DNA of 60,686 bases from an uncultured virus (IMG/VR IMGVR_UViG_3300036769_000405) (taxonomy: Duplodnaviria > Heunggongvirae > Uroviricota > Caudoviricetes), in the IMG/VR virus record IMGVR_UViG_3300036769_000405. One strand, written 5' to 3'. The position numbers and the translations under genes are program-made. Below, in pieces: positions 18,364 to 27,416 of this stretch; within the stretch, counting starts at the first letter, position 1; each line of letters starts with the position of its first letter. Under the pieces are notes generated by a model. It was not told the DNA's origin and searched no databases. It worked only from the letters and a program-made list of their open reading frames with translations.

Positions 18364-19049
18364 TATTACGCGCCATTGTAAATGATTTGACTTGGACACC
18401 CTATGGAATACAATGTGCTGATTACAAGACGGCACACATTGTGCACAAGTTCCTTAGAGAGGCTGTCCTTGACAGACATATCTATGTAAGTAAGATAATT
18501 GGATTTACAGTTAATTCAAATAACACATTCAGAACACATTCTGGTATGTCTATTGCAAGACACAAACAACTTGGTGAAAGTTATCCTGAAATTATGGTTA
18601 ACTTGCTGGATAAAGTATTTTTAGATTCTACATCAGATTTCTTAGATACTTTATTAGTGGCAGGTATGAATACTGTTGTAGACCAACCTTTTGGGGATCT
18701 TCGTGATTACAAGGCTAAAACGCTTTATACAAACCCTAATATCTGTAGATGTTTGGATAAGGAAGCTGTTTTCCGTGTACATGTAAAGTATGATTGTGGA
18801 TATAAGAGTATGGCTGAGAACTCTAAATCTTTGAGCAAAGAGTTCTTTCCTTGTTATACAGATTATTCTCTTGCAGACTATGTAAGAGTATTACCGCTTA
18901 CACCTGGAGAATCATTAGTTCCTATCAGATACTATAATGGTGCTGATATTCAAACATTAAAAGATATTCTGACGAAGTGGTTTATTTATAAGCAGGAAAG
19001 TGGATTGAAAAAGGAGGAGTTATTATGGATGCAAAGTTTCACGCTTTAA
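18360..19049 (+). CDS. rpoA: Putative RNA polymerase alpha subunit, N-terminal (assembly) domain only
   Basis: ATGA overlap with a GGAGG RBS. Colinear motif resemblances: HKFLREAVL ~ GNALRRILL; ESYPEIMVNL ~ EDVTEIILNL; NPNICRCLD...VKYDCGYKSMAEN ~ NPDLHIATL...RGRGYVPAEEN. About 229 aa, immediately upstream of beta'. Confidence 0.6.
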   Translation: MILRAIVNDLTWTPYGIQCADYKTAHIVHKFLREAVLDRHIYVSKIIGFTVNSNNTFRTHSGMSIARHKQLGESYPEIMVNLLDKVFLDSTSDFLDTLLVAGMNTVVDQPFGDLRDYKAKTLYTNPNICRCLDKEAVFRVHVKYDCGYKSMAENSKSLSKEFFPCYTDYSLADYVRVLPLTPGESLVPIRYYNGADIQTLKDILTKWFIYKQESGLKKEELLWMQSFTL

Positions 19050-22000
19050 CGTCTGATGACATTAAGGACATAGGTCCTTTTGTTAAATCAAACGATAACG
19101 TGGATGCCTATGATCTTTTAGAATCTCCAAAGTACATGGAGTTTGAGAAAATGGGTGTCGAGCGTTTATTAGGTAGCACACATGTCCGCAAGGTTATTAA
19201 GCTCGTAGCTCCTACATTCAATCATGTACTGGGTAGAAGTAATTGTACATTATTACAGAAGATGTTAGGATTTGATCAGAAAACTTGGATTGGCATCGTA
19301 GAGATGAAGAAAGTTTTCGATATGGAATCTTTAAACTTCGTTGATATTGATGAAACGATGGATGGTGGAGATTATCTCTATGGTGCTCAGATTGCAGAAT
19401 ATTTCATCAAGAATCTTGACATTGAAAAGGAACTTATTGAGTGTCTGTATAATGTTGCAGGTGACTTTTTCAGAGTAAGTGTTGATCCAAGAGACGTGTT
19501 AACAATCAATAAAAACCCTGAAAACGGTACACACCTGGCTGACAAGTATTTCGCTCATTATGATCCAGTAGCTTTACAGACTGGTTATAAACGAGGTAGA
19601 GATGCTAGTAACTTTGAGTATGATTTTAAGAATCTGTTATTCAAAAATGAAGACAGTCGGCTCTCATACTTACTCAATATGAATCCTGATAAATCAGGAC
19701 TCTACGGAATGCTCAATTATTACATTGTTGTTATTCCTGAGGAAATGCGCCCTAAGATCGATAACCAAGAACATCGGTTGACGAAGCTCTATACAAAAGT
19801 TATTCACGCTAACTATGTTATGCAGACTAACATTAGTAGTATGTCACCAAAGGTTAAACGTCAATCATATTTATCTTTGGAGTTAAGTGTTAAGAAACTT
19901 CAATACAAAAATCAAGGAACCTCTAGGGATGTTACGCCGGATGATCTGTCGCTTCTTGAGCGTGTGAAATCAAAGAAAGGTCAAATCCGTATGAGGAATC
20001 TTGGTAAGAGACAGGATTATTCTGGACGTGCAGTTGTATGTATCAACCCATATTTACCATTGGATGTTATTCGAGTACCTCAGTTTATGTTACCGAAGTT
20101 ACTTGAATTCCATATCCTGCCATATCTTGCAAAGAATATTAAGCGAAACAATTACGAGGTTGCACACAATCAACATATGGCAAACATCTATGATCATCTG
20201 CGTTTAGGTAATCTTGAAACACCAGAAACCCGAACTGAAATGCTACGGATTATTAATGATGAGCATTTACTTGATAAAATTCCTGGAGTTCTTGGTCGTC
20301 AGCCAACCTTGCACAAACAGTCATTACAAGGTTTCCATTTGGAGATATCAGATCTGCAGGCTATTGAAGTTAACCCTTTAGTTTGTCCTGCATTCAATAT
20401 GGACTTTGATGGAGATCAAGCACACATTGAAATACCTCTGTCTGAAGCTTCTATTAAGGAAGTTAATGATTTAGTTCTAACAACTCAAAACCTGTTCTTG
20501 CCTAAGACTGGAGAATGTACAACTGAACCTAGACAGGATATGTTGTATGGTCTTTGGTTATGTACAAATAATTCATACAAGATTCAAAATCCAGTCCAGT
20601 CCTACAGTGATTTGAATGAAGTTAGAGACGCTGTTATTAAACATCAAATTAAGGTGTGGGATACAGTTACTGTTCTCAGTATTGGAGGACCAATTATTGC
20701 AGGAGATGCTGCTTTCATGGCATGTTTTCCAAAAGGAGATATTGTACCAAGAGGCACTATATCAGGTAGTGGTAAACTATCAGTTGAAGAAATTAACAAG
20801 AAATCTATCACGAAGTACATTGACTATATGTTACGTACTGACAGTTCTGGTAACTTTGTGCATAAGATTGGTACAGGACATGCTAGTACAGAAACTTTTG
20901 TTGGCACAATCAACGCCCTGGTGGAACTTGGCTTCAGAGTTGCTAGGCTTTACATCCCAAACATGTCTATGTTAATGGATAGTGAGCCAATACCAGAGTA
21001 TGATAAAGCTATTGATAAGTTCTATGATGATATGTCAGATATTGATCTTTATTACAATCTTGGCCTGGAGACATCAGACAATTACAAGATTGTATTTTCT
21101 AAGAACTTGGATAAGCTGAACAATACACGACGTGATGGTGTACTTGATAAACTTGGTAAAGACAGTGGTTATGTTAAACTTTCTGTCTCCGGTGCTAGAG
21201 GTTCTAAAGATAATTTACTGCAGACATTCTCTATCAAGGGACAAGTAAAGAAGAATTCAACAGAAGCTTTTGATGCTTTACTGGAGAATGCTTATGGTAC
21301 TCAGTTGACTCCACTTGAGCATTTTGTTGCAGCCTATGGTGGTCGACAGGGTCAGATTGATAAGTCACTTAAAACCGGTGATACTGGATATGCTATGCGA
21401 CAGATGTGGCATGCTACTCAAGGTATGATGATTACTTGTGAAGATTGTGGTACTACACGTGGTATTACGATTAAGAAGAGTGATCTCACTATATTTATCG
21501 ATGATGATTCTAATAAAGAAAAGCTGAATGCTGAAGTAGAAGATATGTTTGCTCACACAATCCTTGGACGATATAAGGTTGGTAGTAACAAACTAATTAC
21601 CGAAGCTGAAGCTAAAGCCTGGGCACACAGTAAAGATGTTGAGTCTATAGTTATTCGTTCACCACTTACTTGTAATAACCCATGCTGTAAAAAATGTTAT
21701 GGCATTGATTGGTCTACGAGAAAGCCTGCAGTTGTAGGATTACCTGTTGGAATTATTGCAGCTCAGTCTATTGGTGAACCTGGTACACAGTTGACTTTGA
21801 AGACATTCCAGCAGGGTGGTGTAGCTGGTCAAGCTACAGTTACGTCTGCATTTGATCGTGTAGATCACTACATTCATTTACATGATCTTGCTGATTTAAG
21901 CAAACGTGGAAAGTATCCTGGATATGATCCACTTGCTTGGGCTACTGGTCCGGTTAACGAAACACCAGCTTCTGATATCAACATGAAAGTAATAACAATT

Positions 22001-22552
22001 GGAGATAACAAAAAGAAACGTATCTTAGTTCCCAAGGATGTTGTTTTGAAAACAGAGGCTGTTAAGGGTCACGGTTTGTCCTATAAACATGGTGACTATG
22101 ATTTACGTGAGATTATTGCATACAGTGGTGTTGAAGCTGCTCAGCAGTATCTCATGTTTAAGTTATACGCTCTATATAAGAGTGAAGTAAAAATAAAAAC
22201 GATACACTTTGAAGTACTAGTTGGAGACATGACCCGCTACATGATTGTTGCTACAGATCGCAGTGATTTAATGGTTGGGCAGTATGCAACAGCTCAAGAG
22301 TTATATCGGGGAAATGTTAAAAATACTGAATACATACAAAGACTTGTAGGTGTAAAAGGGCTTATAAATGCTTCACATTCAGCTTTGGATTCTATTATTA
22401 TGGAATCACAAGTTGAGGGCCTATCTCGCATCTGCTTGTTAGGTATGTCCGATTCTTTAACTAAACCACTCAATCGTATGGTTCTAGGCCAATCTATCTT
22501 AGATGGTTCTGCTAAACCTGGTTTCATAGAAAATCGGAAAGAAAGTATTTAG
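19025..22552 (+). CDS. rpoC: Divergent DNA-directed RNA polymerase beta' subunit
   Basis: KKGQIRMRNLGKRQDYSGRAV, RQPTLH, catalytic NMDFDGD, SGARGS, bridge-helix-like KTGDTGY, Zn site EDCGT/RSPLTC/CKKCYG and AAQSIGEPGTQLT. Confidence 0.95.
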   Translation: MDAKFHALTSDDIKDIGPFVKSNDNVDAYDLLESPKYMEFEKMGVERLLGSTHVRKVIKLVAPTFNHVLGRSNCTLLQKMLGFDQKTWIGIVEMKKVFDMESLNFVDIDETMDGGDYLYGAQIAEYFIKNLDIEKELIECLYNVAGDFFRVSVDPRDVLTINKNPENGTHLADKYFAHYDPVALQTGYKRGRDASNFEYDFKNLLFKNEDSRLSYLLNMNPDKSGLYGMLNYYIVVIPEEMRPKIDNQEHRLTKLYTKVIHANYVMQTNISSMSPKVKRQSYLSLELSVKKLQYKNQGTSRDVTPDDLSLLERVKSKKGQIRMRNLGKRQDYSGRAVVCINPYLPLDVIRVPQFMLPKLLEFHILPYLAKNIKRNNYEVAHNQHMANIYDHLRLGNLETPETRTEMLRIINDEHLLDKIPGVLGRQPTLHKQSLQGFHLEISDLQAIEVNPLVCPAFNMDFDGDQAHIEIPLSEASIKEVNDLVLTTQNLFLPKTGECTTEPRQDMLYGLWLCTNNSYKIQNPVQSYSDLNEVRDAVIKHQIKVWDTVTVLSIGGPIIAGDAAFMACFPKGDIVPRGTISGSGKLSVEEINKKSITKYIDYMLRTDSSGNFVHKIGTGHASTETFVGTINALVELGFRVARLYIPNMSMLMDSEPIPEYDKAIDKFYDDMSDIDLYYNLGLETSDNYKIVFSKNLDKLNNTRRDGVLDKLGKDSGYVKLSVSGARGSKDNLLQTFSIKGQVKKNSTEAFDALLENAYGTQLTPLEHFVAAYGGRQGQIDKSLKTGDTGYAMRQMWHATQGMMITCEDCGTTRGITIKKSDLTIFIDDDSNKEKLNAEVEDMFAHTILGRYKVGSNKLITEAEAKAWAHSKDVESIVIRSPLTCNNPCCKKCYGIDWSTRKPAVVGLPVGIIAAQSIGEPGTQLTLKTFQQGGVAGQATVTSAFDRVDHYIHLHDLADLSKRGKYPGYDPLAWATGPVNETPASDINMKVITIGDNKKKRILVPKDVVLKTEAVKGHGLSYKHGDYDLREIIAYSGVEAAQQYLMFKLYALYKSEVKIKTIHFEVLVGDMTRYMIVATDRSDLMVGQYATAQELYRGNVKNTEYIQRLVGVKGLINASHSALDSIIMESQVEGLSRICLLGMSDSLTKPLNRMVLGQSILDGSAKPGFIENRKESI

Positions 22553-22564
22553 AAAGGAGATTCT

Positions 22565-22762
22565 ATGGTAGCGCTTGATACTAGTGGCATGTACTGGGAA
22601 GTTTACGATGACCAGGAGGCTAAAGATTTTGATTACATTGGTTATACTGATCTTAGTGGCACACCTGTTACGGATAAAGTTGCCGCTAATCTGGCTGCAC
22701 AGGTTGCAGAAATTAAACGTACTAATGGACAGCGTACTGAAGTACGTGTCTACAGGAGATGA
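22565..22762 (+). CDS. Small hypothetical protein (65 aa)
   Basis: Strong GAAAGGAG RBS directly after the beta' stop. Confidence 0.65.
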   Translation: MVALDTSGMYWEVYDDQEAKDFDYIGYTDLSGTPVTDKVAANLAAQVAEIKRTNGQRTEVRVYRR

Positions 22763-22766
22763 GATT

Positions 22767-23222
22767 ATGAACTTTAATTTAGGAGATGTTGTTATTCGAG
22801 ATGAGTTTGTTGAATTGATTGTTGATAAGCAGAGATCTTTACGCAGTGGCGGTAGTGTCACTTACTGCTGGGCAGAAAAAACTCTTCTCACTCTACCTGA
22901 GTTATTACATCTGTTAGCACCTGTTGCTAACAAATGTAGAACTATTGCAAGGGATACCACCAGTTTAAGGACTGGTGATATTGTTCTGGTAAATGAGCAT
23001 CCTTGTTTTGTTAACACAGATAACTCTAACGTTGATGTATGTATTACAGAAGATGGTACAGAAGTTATTTGTGTAAATTCTGAAACTTGTGTTATTCTTT
23101 TCAGAGAGAATTTGTTATACTTGTTAAACAGATTACTTAAAAAGTATGGAAACCTTAACAGCTCAATTGTATTAGAAGATGCTGATGTTTCCGGTTTGCT
23201 TTTGTTGAAAGGGGTTGATTAG
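22767..23222 (+). CDS. Hypothetical protein
   Basis: Start moved to ATG 22767 (AGGAG upstream) to avoid overlapping the 65-aa ORF. Confidence 0.6.
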   Translation: MNFNLGDVVIRDEFVELIVDKQRSLRSGGSVTYCWAEKTLLTLPELLHLLAPVANKCRTIARDTTSLRTGDIVLVNEHPCFVNTDNSNVDVCITEDGTEVICVNSETCVILFRENLLYLLNRLLKKYGNLNSSIVLEDADVSGLLLLKGVD

Positions 23223-23224
23223 TT

Positions 23225-23656
23225 TTGAGTTTAATGGATGATAGTACCATTGATCAGAAAAATGTTAATCTTTCCAATATCTTCTACGATACATTTGCAG
23301 AAGTTGTAAACTACTACAAAGATACCGATATGGAAGTATGGGAGGAAACCTGTACTATTGCATTATCAAACACAGCAGCCGAGGTAGGCTTATTTGATAA
23401 GTCTGATATCATCGCTGTTTATGATTTGGAATCACATTTACCTGTGATCATTACAGAACGTATTTATCGGGAGAACTATACATGGAACGAGTGGAGAAAA
23501 ATGAAGCGTTACATGCGTAACAAGACTTCTTGTATTAAACAGGAGTTAGGATTCAATATCCGAATCTCCTACAGTAAAGGGTACATTGATTACGTTCATT
23601 ACAAAGAGGAGTGGTGGCAATGGGCTTTAAAGCATCAGCAACAGCAGGAAGCTTAG
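23225..23656 (+). CDS. Hypothetical protein
   Basis: 143-aa ORF in the operon with AAAGGGG upstream. Confidence 0.6.
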   Translation: MSLMDDSTIDQKNVNLSNIFYDTFAEVVNYYKDTDMEVWEETCTIALSNTAAEVGLFDKSDIIAVYDLESHLPVIITERIYRENYTWNEWRKMKRYMRNKTSCIKQELGFNIRISYSKGYIDYVHYKEEWWQWALKHQQQQEA

Positions 23657-24432
23657 TAGTTCTTTTGTTTTTAACTCCGGCGACAATATACGCTGATACA
23701 GCAAATGACCTTTACGATCTTTACGATATGAAGTATGAAGACTCTATTCCCGAAGACGTTATTGATACTATATCAAGATACAATTATGCTCAGAAATATG
23801 TATCCATGTTTCAATACGTAGCTGTTTCAGAGTATGACACAGATTTAATCAATGCTAAGATTGATCAGTTAGAGAGTAATCTTGAATCTCTAACTGATCA
23901 GCTTTTGGCTGGTTACGATCTATCTATGGATGAAATATACACTCTTGAAGATGAATATAATGAAACTTACACTAAGCTTCAAGATGCTAAGGATTCATTG
24001 CAGACTGTTGAAATTGATTTTGATACACCTACAGTTGATAATACTCCCACTTACAGTGAGTATAAAGAAGCTTTGCAGAAAAAATCAAAATTAGTTACAG
24101 AGGCTGAGTTAGGTGAAATATCTGATTTAAGTTACCCTGTAACAACAGCTGCTTTAGAGTCTGATAGAACGTTTACATCTTTAACATTAGCTGTTGCTGA
24201 TGGTGCTACAATCACCTCTTTATTTAATGGTACTGTAGCTCTTACAGATGATAATAGTATAACTATAGATCATCATAATGGTATTTATACTTACTATGGT
24301 GGTCTTACAAGTTATTACGTAAGACCTGGAGATACTGTTTATCAAGGGCAATCAATAGGTACATCTGGAAACAAAGTAATTCTGAAGTTAAAGATTGATG
24401 GAAAGCTTGTAGATATTTCTAAGCTTTTCTAG
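23611..24432 (+). CDS. Secreted coiled-coil protein with a degenerate M23/LytM domain
   Basis: Signal peptide and coiled coil, then IDHHNGIYTYYGGL...VRPGDTVYQGQSIGTSG. The Zn-ligand HxxxD and HxH motifs are absent. Confidence 0.7.
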   Translation: MVAMGFKASATAGSLVVLLFLTPATIYADTANDLYDLYDMKYEDSIPEDVIDTISRYNYAQKYVSMFQYVAVSEYDTDLINAKIDQLESNLESLTDQLLAGYDLSMDEIYTLEDEYNETYTKLQDAKDSLQTVEIDFDTPTVDNTPTYSEYKEALQKKSKLVTEAELGEISDLSYPVTTAALESDRTFTSLTLAVADGATITSLFNGTVALTDDNSITIDHHNGIYTYYGGLTSYYVRPGDTVYQGQSIGTSGNKVILKLKIDGKLVDISKLF

Positions 24433-24440
24433 GAGGTATT

Positions 24441-25091
24441 ATGAAGACTTTTAAGATTTATGGTGAACCTTATGAGTTGTTTGATACGGCTTCTGAGGTA
24501 GTAGATGCTTATGCTGTGAAAGGCGAAGTTGTTGATGAAATACCTAAAGGAAAGTTTGTCGGTTATGTTACTATGGAAGATGGTAGCTTAATTGGTTGCT
24601 ATAAGAGATTCAATCCTTTGGTAATTATTATACCTATTTTATTAGTAGCTGTAATAGGTGGTGCAGTTTTGTTTTATTTAATTAATATGCAAGACAAGGA
24701 TGTATCTATTGGGGGATTTACTATTAAACAAGGTACAGATAATAACGTTATATCTTATAATGGTTTTATGGCTATTAGAGATGGAACTTTATCTGTTGAT
24801 TTTACAAATGGTGATTACCCATGTACAATACAAGTTGTTGCCGATGGAATCTCATGTGATCCTATTAGTGTTGCTGCTAATGAATATGTTGCAACTGTAC
24901 CTGCTACGTTCACAACTGATGCTGGATTAGTACAAGCGAAAATAATTATAACGACTGGTACTTCTACAGATGAAGAAGATGTTGTTATTGAGATTCCTGA
25001 TAACAATACTCCTGATAGTCCTGATTCAGGACTTGAAGGATACTGGAAAGGTGAGTACGTTTATGGAACAGATCTTAGTACCGCTAAGTGA
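24441..25091 (+). CDS. Single-pass membrane protein
   Basis: AGGAGG RBS; central TM (LVIIIPILLVAVIGGAVLFYLI) and beta-rich C domain. Confidence 0.7.
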   Translation: MKTFKIYGEPYELFDTASEVVDAYAVKGEVVDEIPKGKFVGYVTMEDGSLIGCYKRFNPLVIIIPILLVAVIGGAVLFYLINMQDKDVSIGGFTIKQGTDNNVISYNGFMAIRDGTLSVDFTNGDYPCTIQVVADGISCDPISVAANEYVATVPATFTTDAGLVQAKIIITTGTSTDEEDVVIEIPDNNTPDSPDSGLEGYWKGEYVYGTDLSTAK

Positions 25092-26232
25092 TAGAGATAG
25101 ATTCATTGTTGCACGGTGGGCTTATTCAGTTGGTTCACCTGTTATGTCAGATGCTGAGTACACAGTACTCTTACGAATGATGCAGCAAACTTTACCTAAT
25201 GATGAATATGTACAGCGGTCATGGTCTAGTGATCCCTGTCCGACAGCTTTGTTAAAAGCTATAGGGCGAGAAGACTTGATTTATAAAGTAGTTCTATCTG
25301 ACAAAACTGAGAGTATACCTAGTTTGAACACTGACTGGGAAGTTAAGAATGAACTTGGTAATGTGCATTGTAAAGGTACAGTATCAATGAAGCATGATGG
25401 TTGGAACATTCAAATAAATTACTACAATGGCAAGCTTGTCTTAATAAACACACGCGGTCGTTCTAGTGATGCTATTGATGTTACATCCTTGGCGGAGTTT
25501 GTTCCAAACGAGATTCCATTTAAAGGACCATGTAAAGTTGTTCTTGAGATGACAATCAGCAAGGTTAATTATATAACTTGTGCTAGGTTGTTTAACAATG
25601 TTAGTTCAAGATCAGCAGTTGCTACAGTATTATCAAAACCTGAATATTTTCACTTGTTAAGTTTCACAGCATTTGATGTTCACGGTTATAACTTAAATGG
25701 CAGATGCAAGTTCGAGGTTCTAAAGGAATTAGGTTTCAACGTACCTGCTTACTATGAAGTTAATTCTTATGATGAAATCATCATAGCAGCTCAACAGTTA
25801 AGTGAAGAAGAACCAGAGTATGATCAGCCTACGGATGGTGTCGTTTATGATGGAGAGTTCAGACGCGCAATTCGTCTCTATGCTTGGGAAGAACCAATTT
25901 ACTACTCATTTGTTACAGAGTATCTTGAACAGTATGGACCTTACAGGATATCACCATCAGTTATAATTTACCCTGTCTTACGTAAAGGTTCTACTCAGCG
26001 TCAGATTAGTATGACAAACTGGCAAAGAATTGTTGATTACAATTTGCAGCCAGGTGCACCTATTGCTTTCAGAATCGCTTCTAGTGCTACAGCAGATTTT
26101 GATGAAGATGCTACGCGACTAGCACATAAACAGTGGGAAAACAATTGGGAGCAATATCAGAAAACAATAAAAGAGAACGAGGAGATAAATAGATGTCAGA
26201 GACAATTATTCTTGCACTCTACATTAGTTTGA
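25063..26232 (+). CDS. ligA: NAD-dependent DNA ligase, N-terminal half (Ia, adenylation and OB-like domains)
   Basis: PVMSDAEY (subdomain Ia), IPSL, active-site MKHDG, NTRG, FDV and TDGVV. No Zn finger, HhH or BRCT. Start set at ATG 25063 (GAAAGGTGA RBS). Confidence 0.8.
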   Translation: MEQILVPLSDRDRFIVARWAYSVGSPVMSDAEYTVLLRMMQQTLPNDEYVQRSWSSDPCPTALLKAIGREDLIYKVVLSDKTESIPSLNTDWEVKNELGNVHCKGTVSMKHDGWNIQINYYNGKLVLINTRGRSSDAIDVTSLAEFVPNEIPFKGPCKVVLEMTISKVNYITCARLFNNVSSRSAVATVLSKPEYFHLLSFTAFDVHGYNLNGRCKFEVLKELGFNVPAYYEVNSYDEIIIAAQQLSEEEPEYDQPTDGVVYDGEFRRAIRLYAWEEPIYYSFVTEYLEQYGPYRISPSVIIYPVLRKGSTQRQISMTNWQRIVDYNLQPGAPIAFRIASSATADFDEDATRLAHKQWENNWEQYQKTIKENEEINRCQRQLFLHSTLV

Positions 26233-26681
26233 TCATCTGTGCACTTCTCTTGCTTATTGCTTATAGAATAAGTAACTACACTTTCGATAATGTTACTAAT
26301 GTCTATGAAATAGCAAGTAAAGATCTCGGTTCACTTGGTGTTTATGATGTAAGACTTCGTGTTTCAGTTAAGTATTGGATTTATGCTATTGAGACTCGTG
26401 TTTACCAACATGATACTAAAGTGAACTTAATAGACACACTTAGAACTTGGAATAAGGAATACAACAAAGATCCCGCGGGATTTATTTCTGACGGTATTGA
26501 AGCGGCACATTCTGATTTCCTAAGTGAGTTAGACAAGGCAAGAGAAGAGAATCGTAAGCCTAGTTTTAAGGTTTCAGCTGACTATGATTACCATGATTTG
26601 CCAAGTACTTTTAATTATAATGATCACATTGCGGCGAATGTACTTATTGATCAAATTGATATGTTATTAGGAGGAATTTAA
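26193..26681 (+). CDS. Membrane-anchored hypothetical protein
   Basis: N-terminal TM helix. Confidence 0.65.
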   Translation: MSETIILALYISLIICALLLLIAYRISNYTFDNVTNVYEIASKDLGSLGVYDVRLRVSVKYWIYAIETRVYQHDTKVNLIDTLRTWNKEYNKDPAGFISDGIEAAHSDFLSELDKAREENRKPSFKVSADYDYHDLPSTFNYNDHIAANVLIDQIDMLLGGI

Positions 26682-26682
26682 A

Positions 26683-26973
26683 GTGAATCAACAAGTAGGT
26701 ACTCCATGGACTTTTCAGGATTATGATTACCTGTATAAGCATTACAACACAGATGGAGCTGTAGCATGTGCAGATGTATTGCATCGCTCTGTGGATCATG
26801 TCGAAGCAAAGGCTGAGAAAATGTCTTTAATTCCTCAGGGTGCTTTCAAACAGTATGAGTTAGACCTCGCTTCCACTTATGGTAAAACTTTAGGTGGTGC
26901 TATGATCTTTCTCTTACCACACAGAACTACTTATGAAGTAAAGGAGTTGATAGAGTGCAAAAACAAGCATTAG
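26683..26973 (+). CDS. Small Myb/HTH-like DNA-binding protein
   Basis: WTFQDYDYLYKHY...ADVLHRSVDHVEAKAEKMSL fits the phage-type WT..E...L...Y....A..L.RS...V..KA pattern. Confidence 0.5.
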   Translation: MNQQVGTPWTFQDYDYLYKHYNTDGAVACADVLHRSVDHVEAKAEKMSLIPQGAFKQYELDLASTYGKTLGGAMIFLLPHRTTYEVKELIECKNKH

Positions 26974-27416
26974 TTTGTCTAGCTTTATCAATAGCTATCT
27001 TAGTTTGCATTTCTAGAGAAGCAGTTAAAGCTGACTCAGAAGAAAACACATTAAGACCAGTTAATGACTCAATCATGTGGGAAGATATTACATTTCAATC
27101 TTTTACACCTTGTTCTGTACTTGAACTCAGCGGTGAAGATTTATTAGTTTTTCCATATTGCGATAATGATGCATATATAACTGTAAAGAAAGTTTTGATT
27201 TCTGATAACGGTTTCTGGGATACTGTTGTATCAGAAATCACTAATGAAGAAAACATTAGGAACTGTCAAAACTATAGCTATGTCACACTTAGTAATGGTA
27301 CAACACTTGGTTATTTACCTATTGATGATGAATCAGCCTATGTGTGTTACACAAGTGTATTACCCAGTTCCTATGTTGAAAGTACTCTTGATATATTATG
27401 GAGTACAAGTTTATAA
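26955..27416 (+). CDS. Secreted hypothetical protein
   Basis: AAGGAG RBS; signal peptide ending VKA. Confidence 0.6.
   Translation: MQKQALVCLALSIAILVCISREAVKADSEENTLRPVNDSIMWEDITFQSFTPCSVLELSGEDLLVFPYCDNDAYITVKKVLISDNGFWDTVVSEITNEENIRNCQNYSYVTLSNGTTLGYLPIDDESAYVCYTSVLPSSYVESTLDILWSTSL

Noticed and set aside
13269..22552. Host chromosomal rpoBC operon
   Set aside because: Too divergent at near-invariant positions, interrupted by unrelated genes and lacking rplK/A/J/L, nusG and rpsL neighbours.
22575..22766. N-terminal extension of ORF 22575..23222
   Set aside because: It overlaps the RBS-supported 65-aa ORF; ATG 22767 is the more plausible start.
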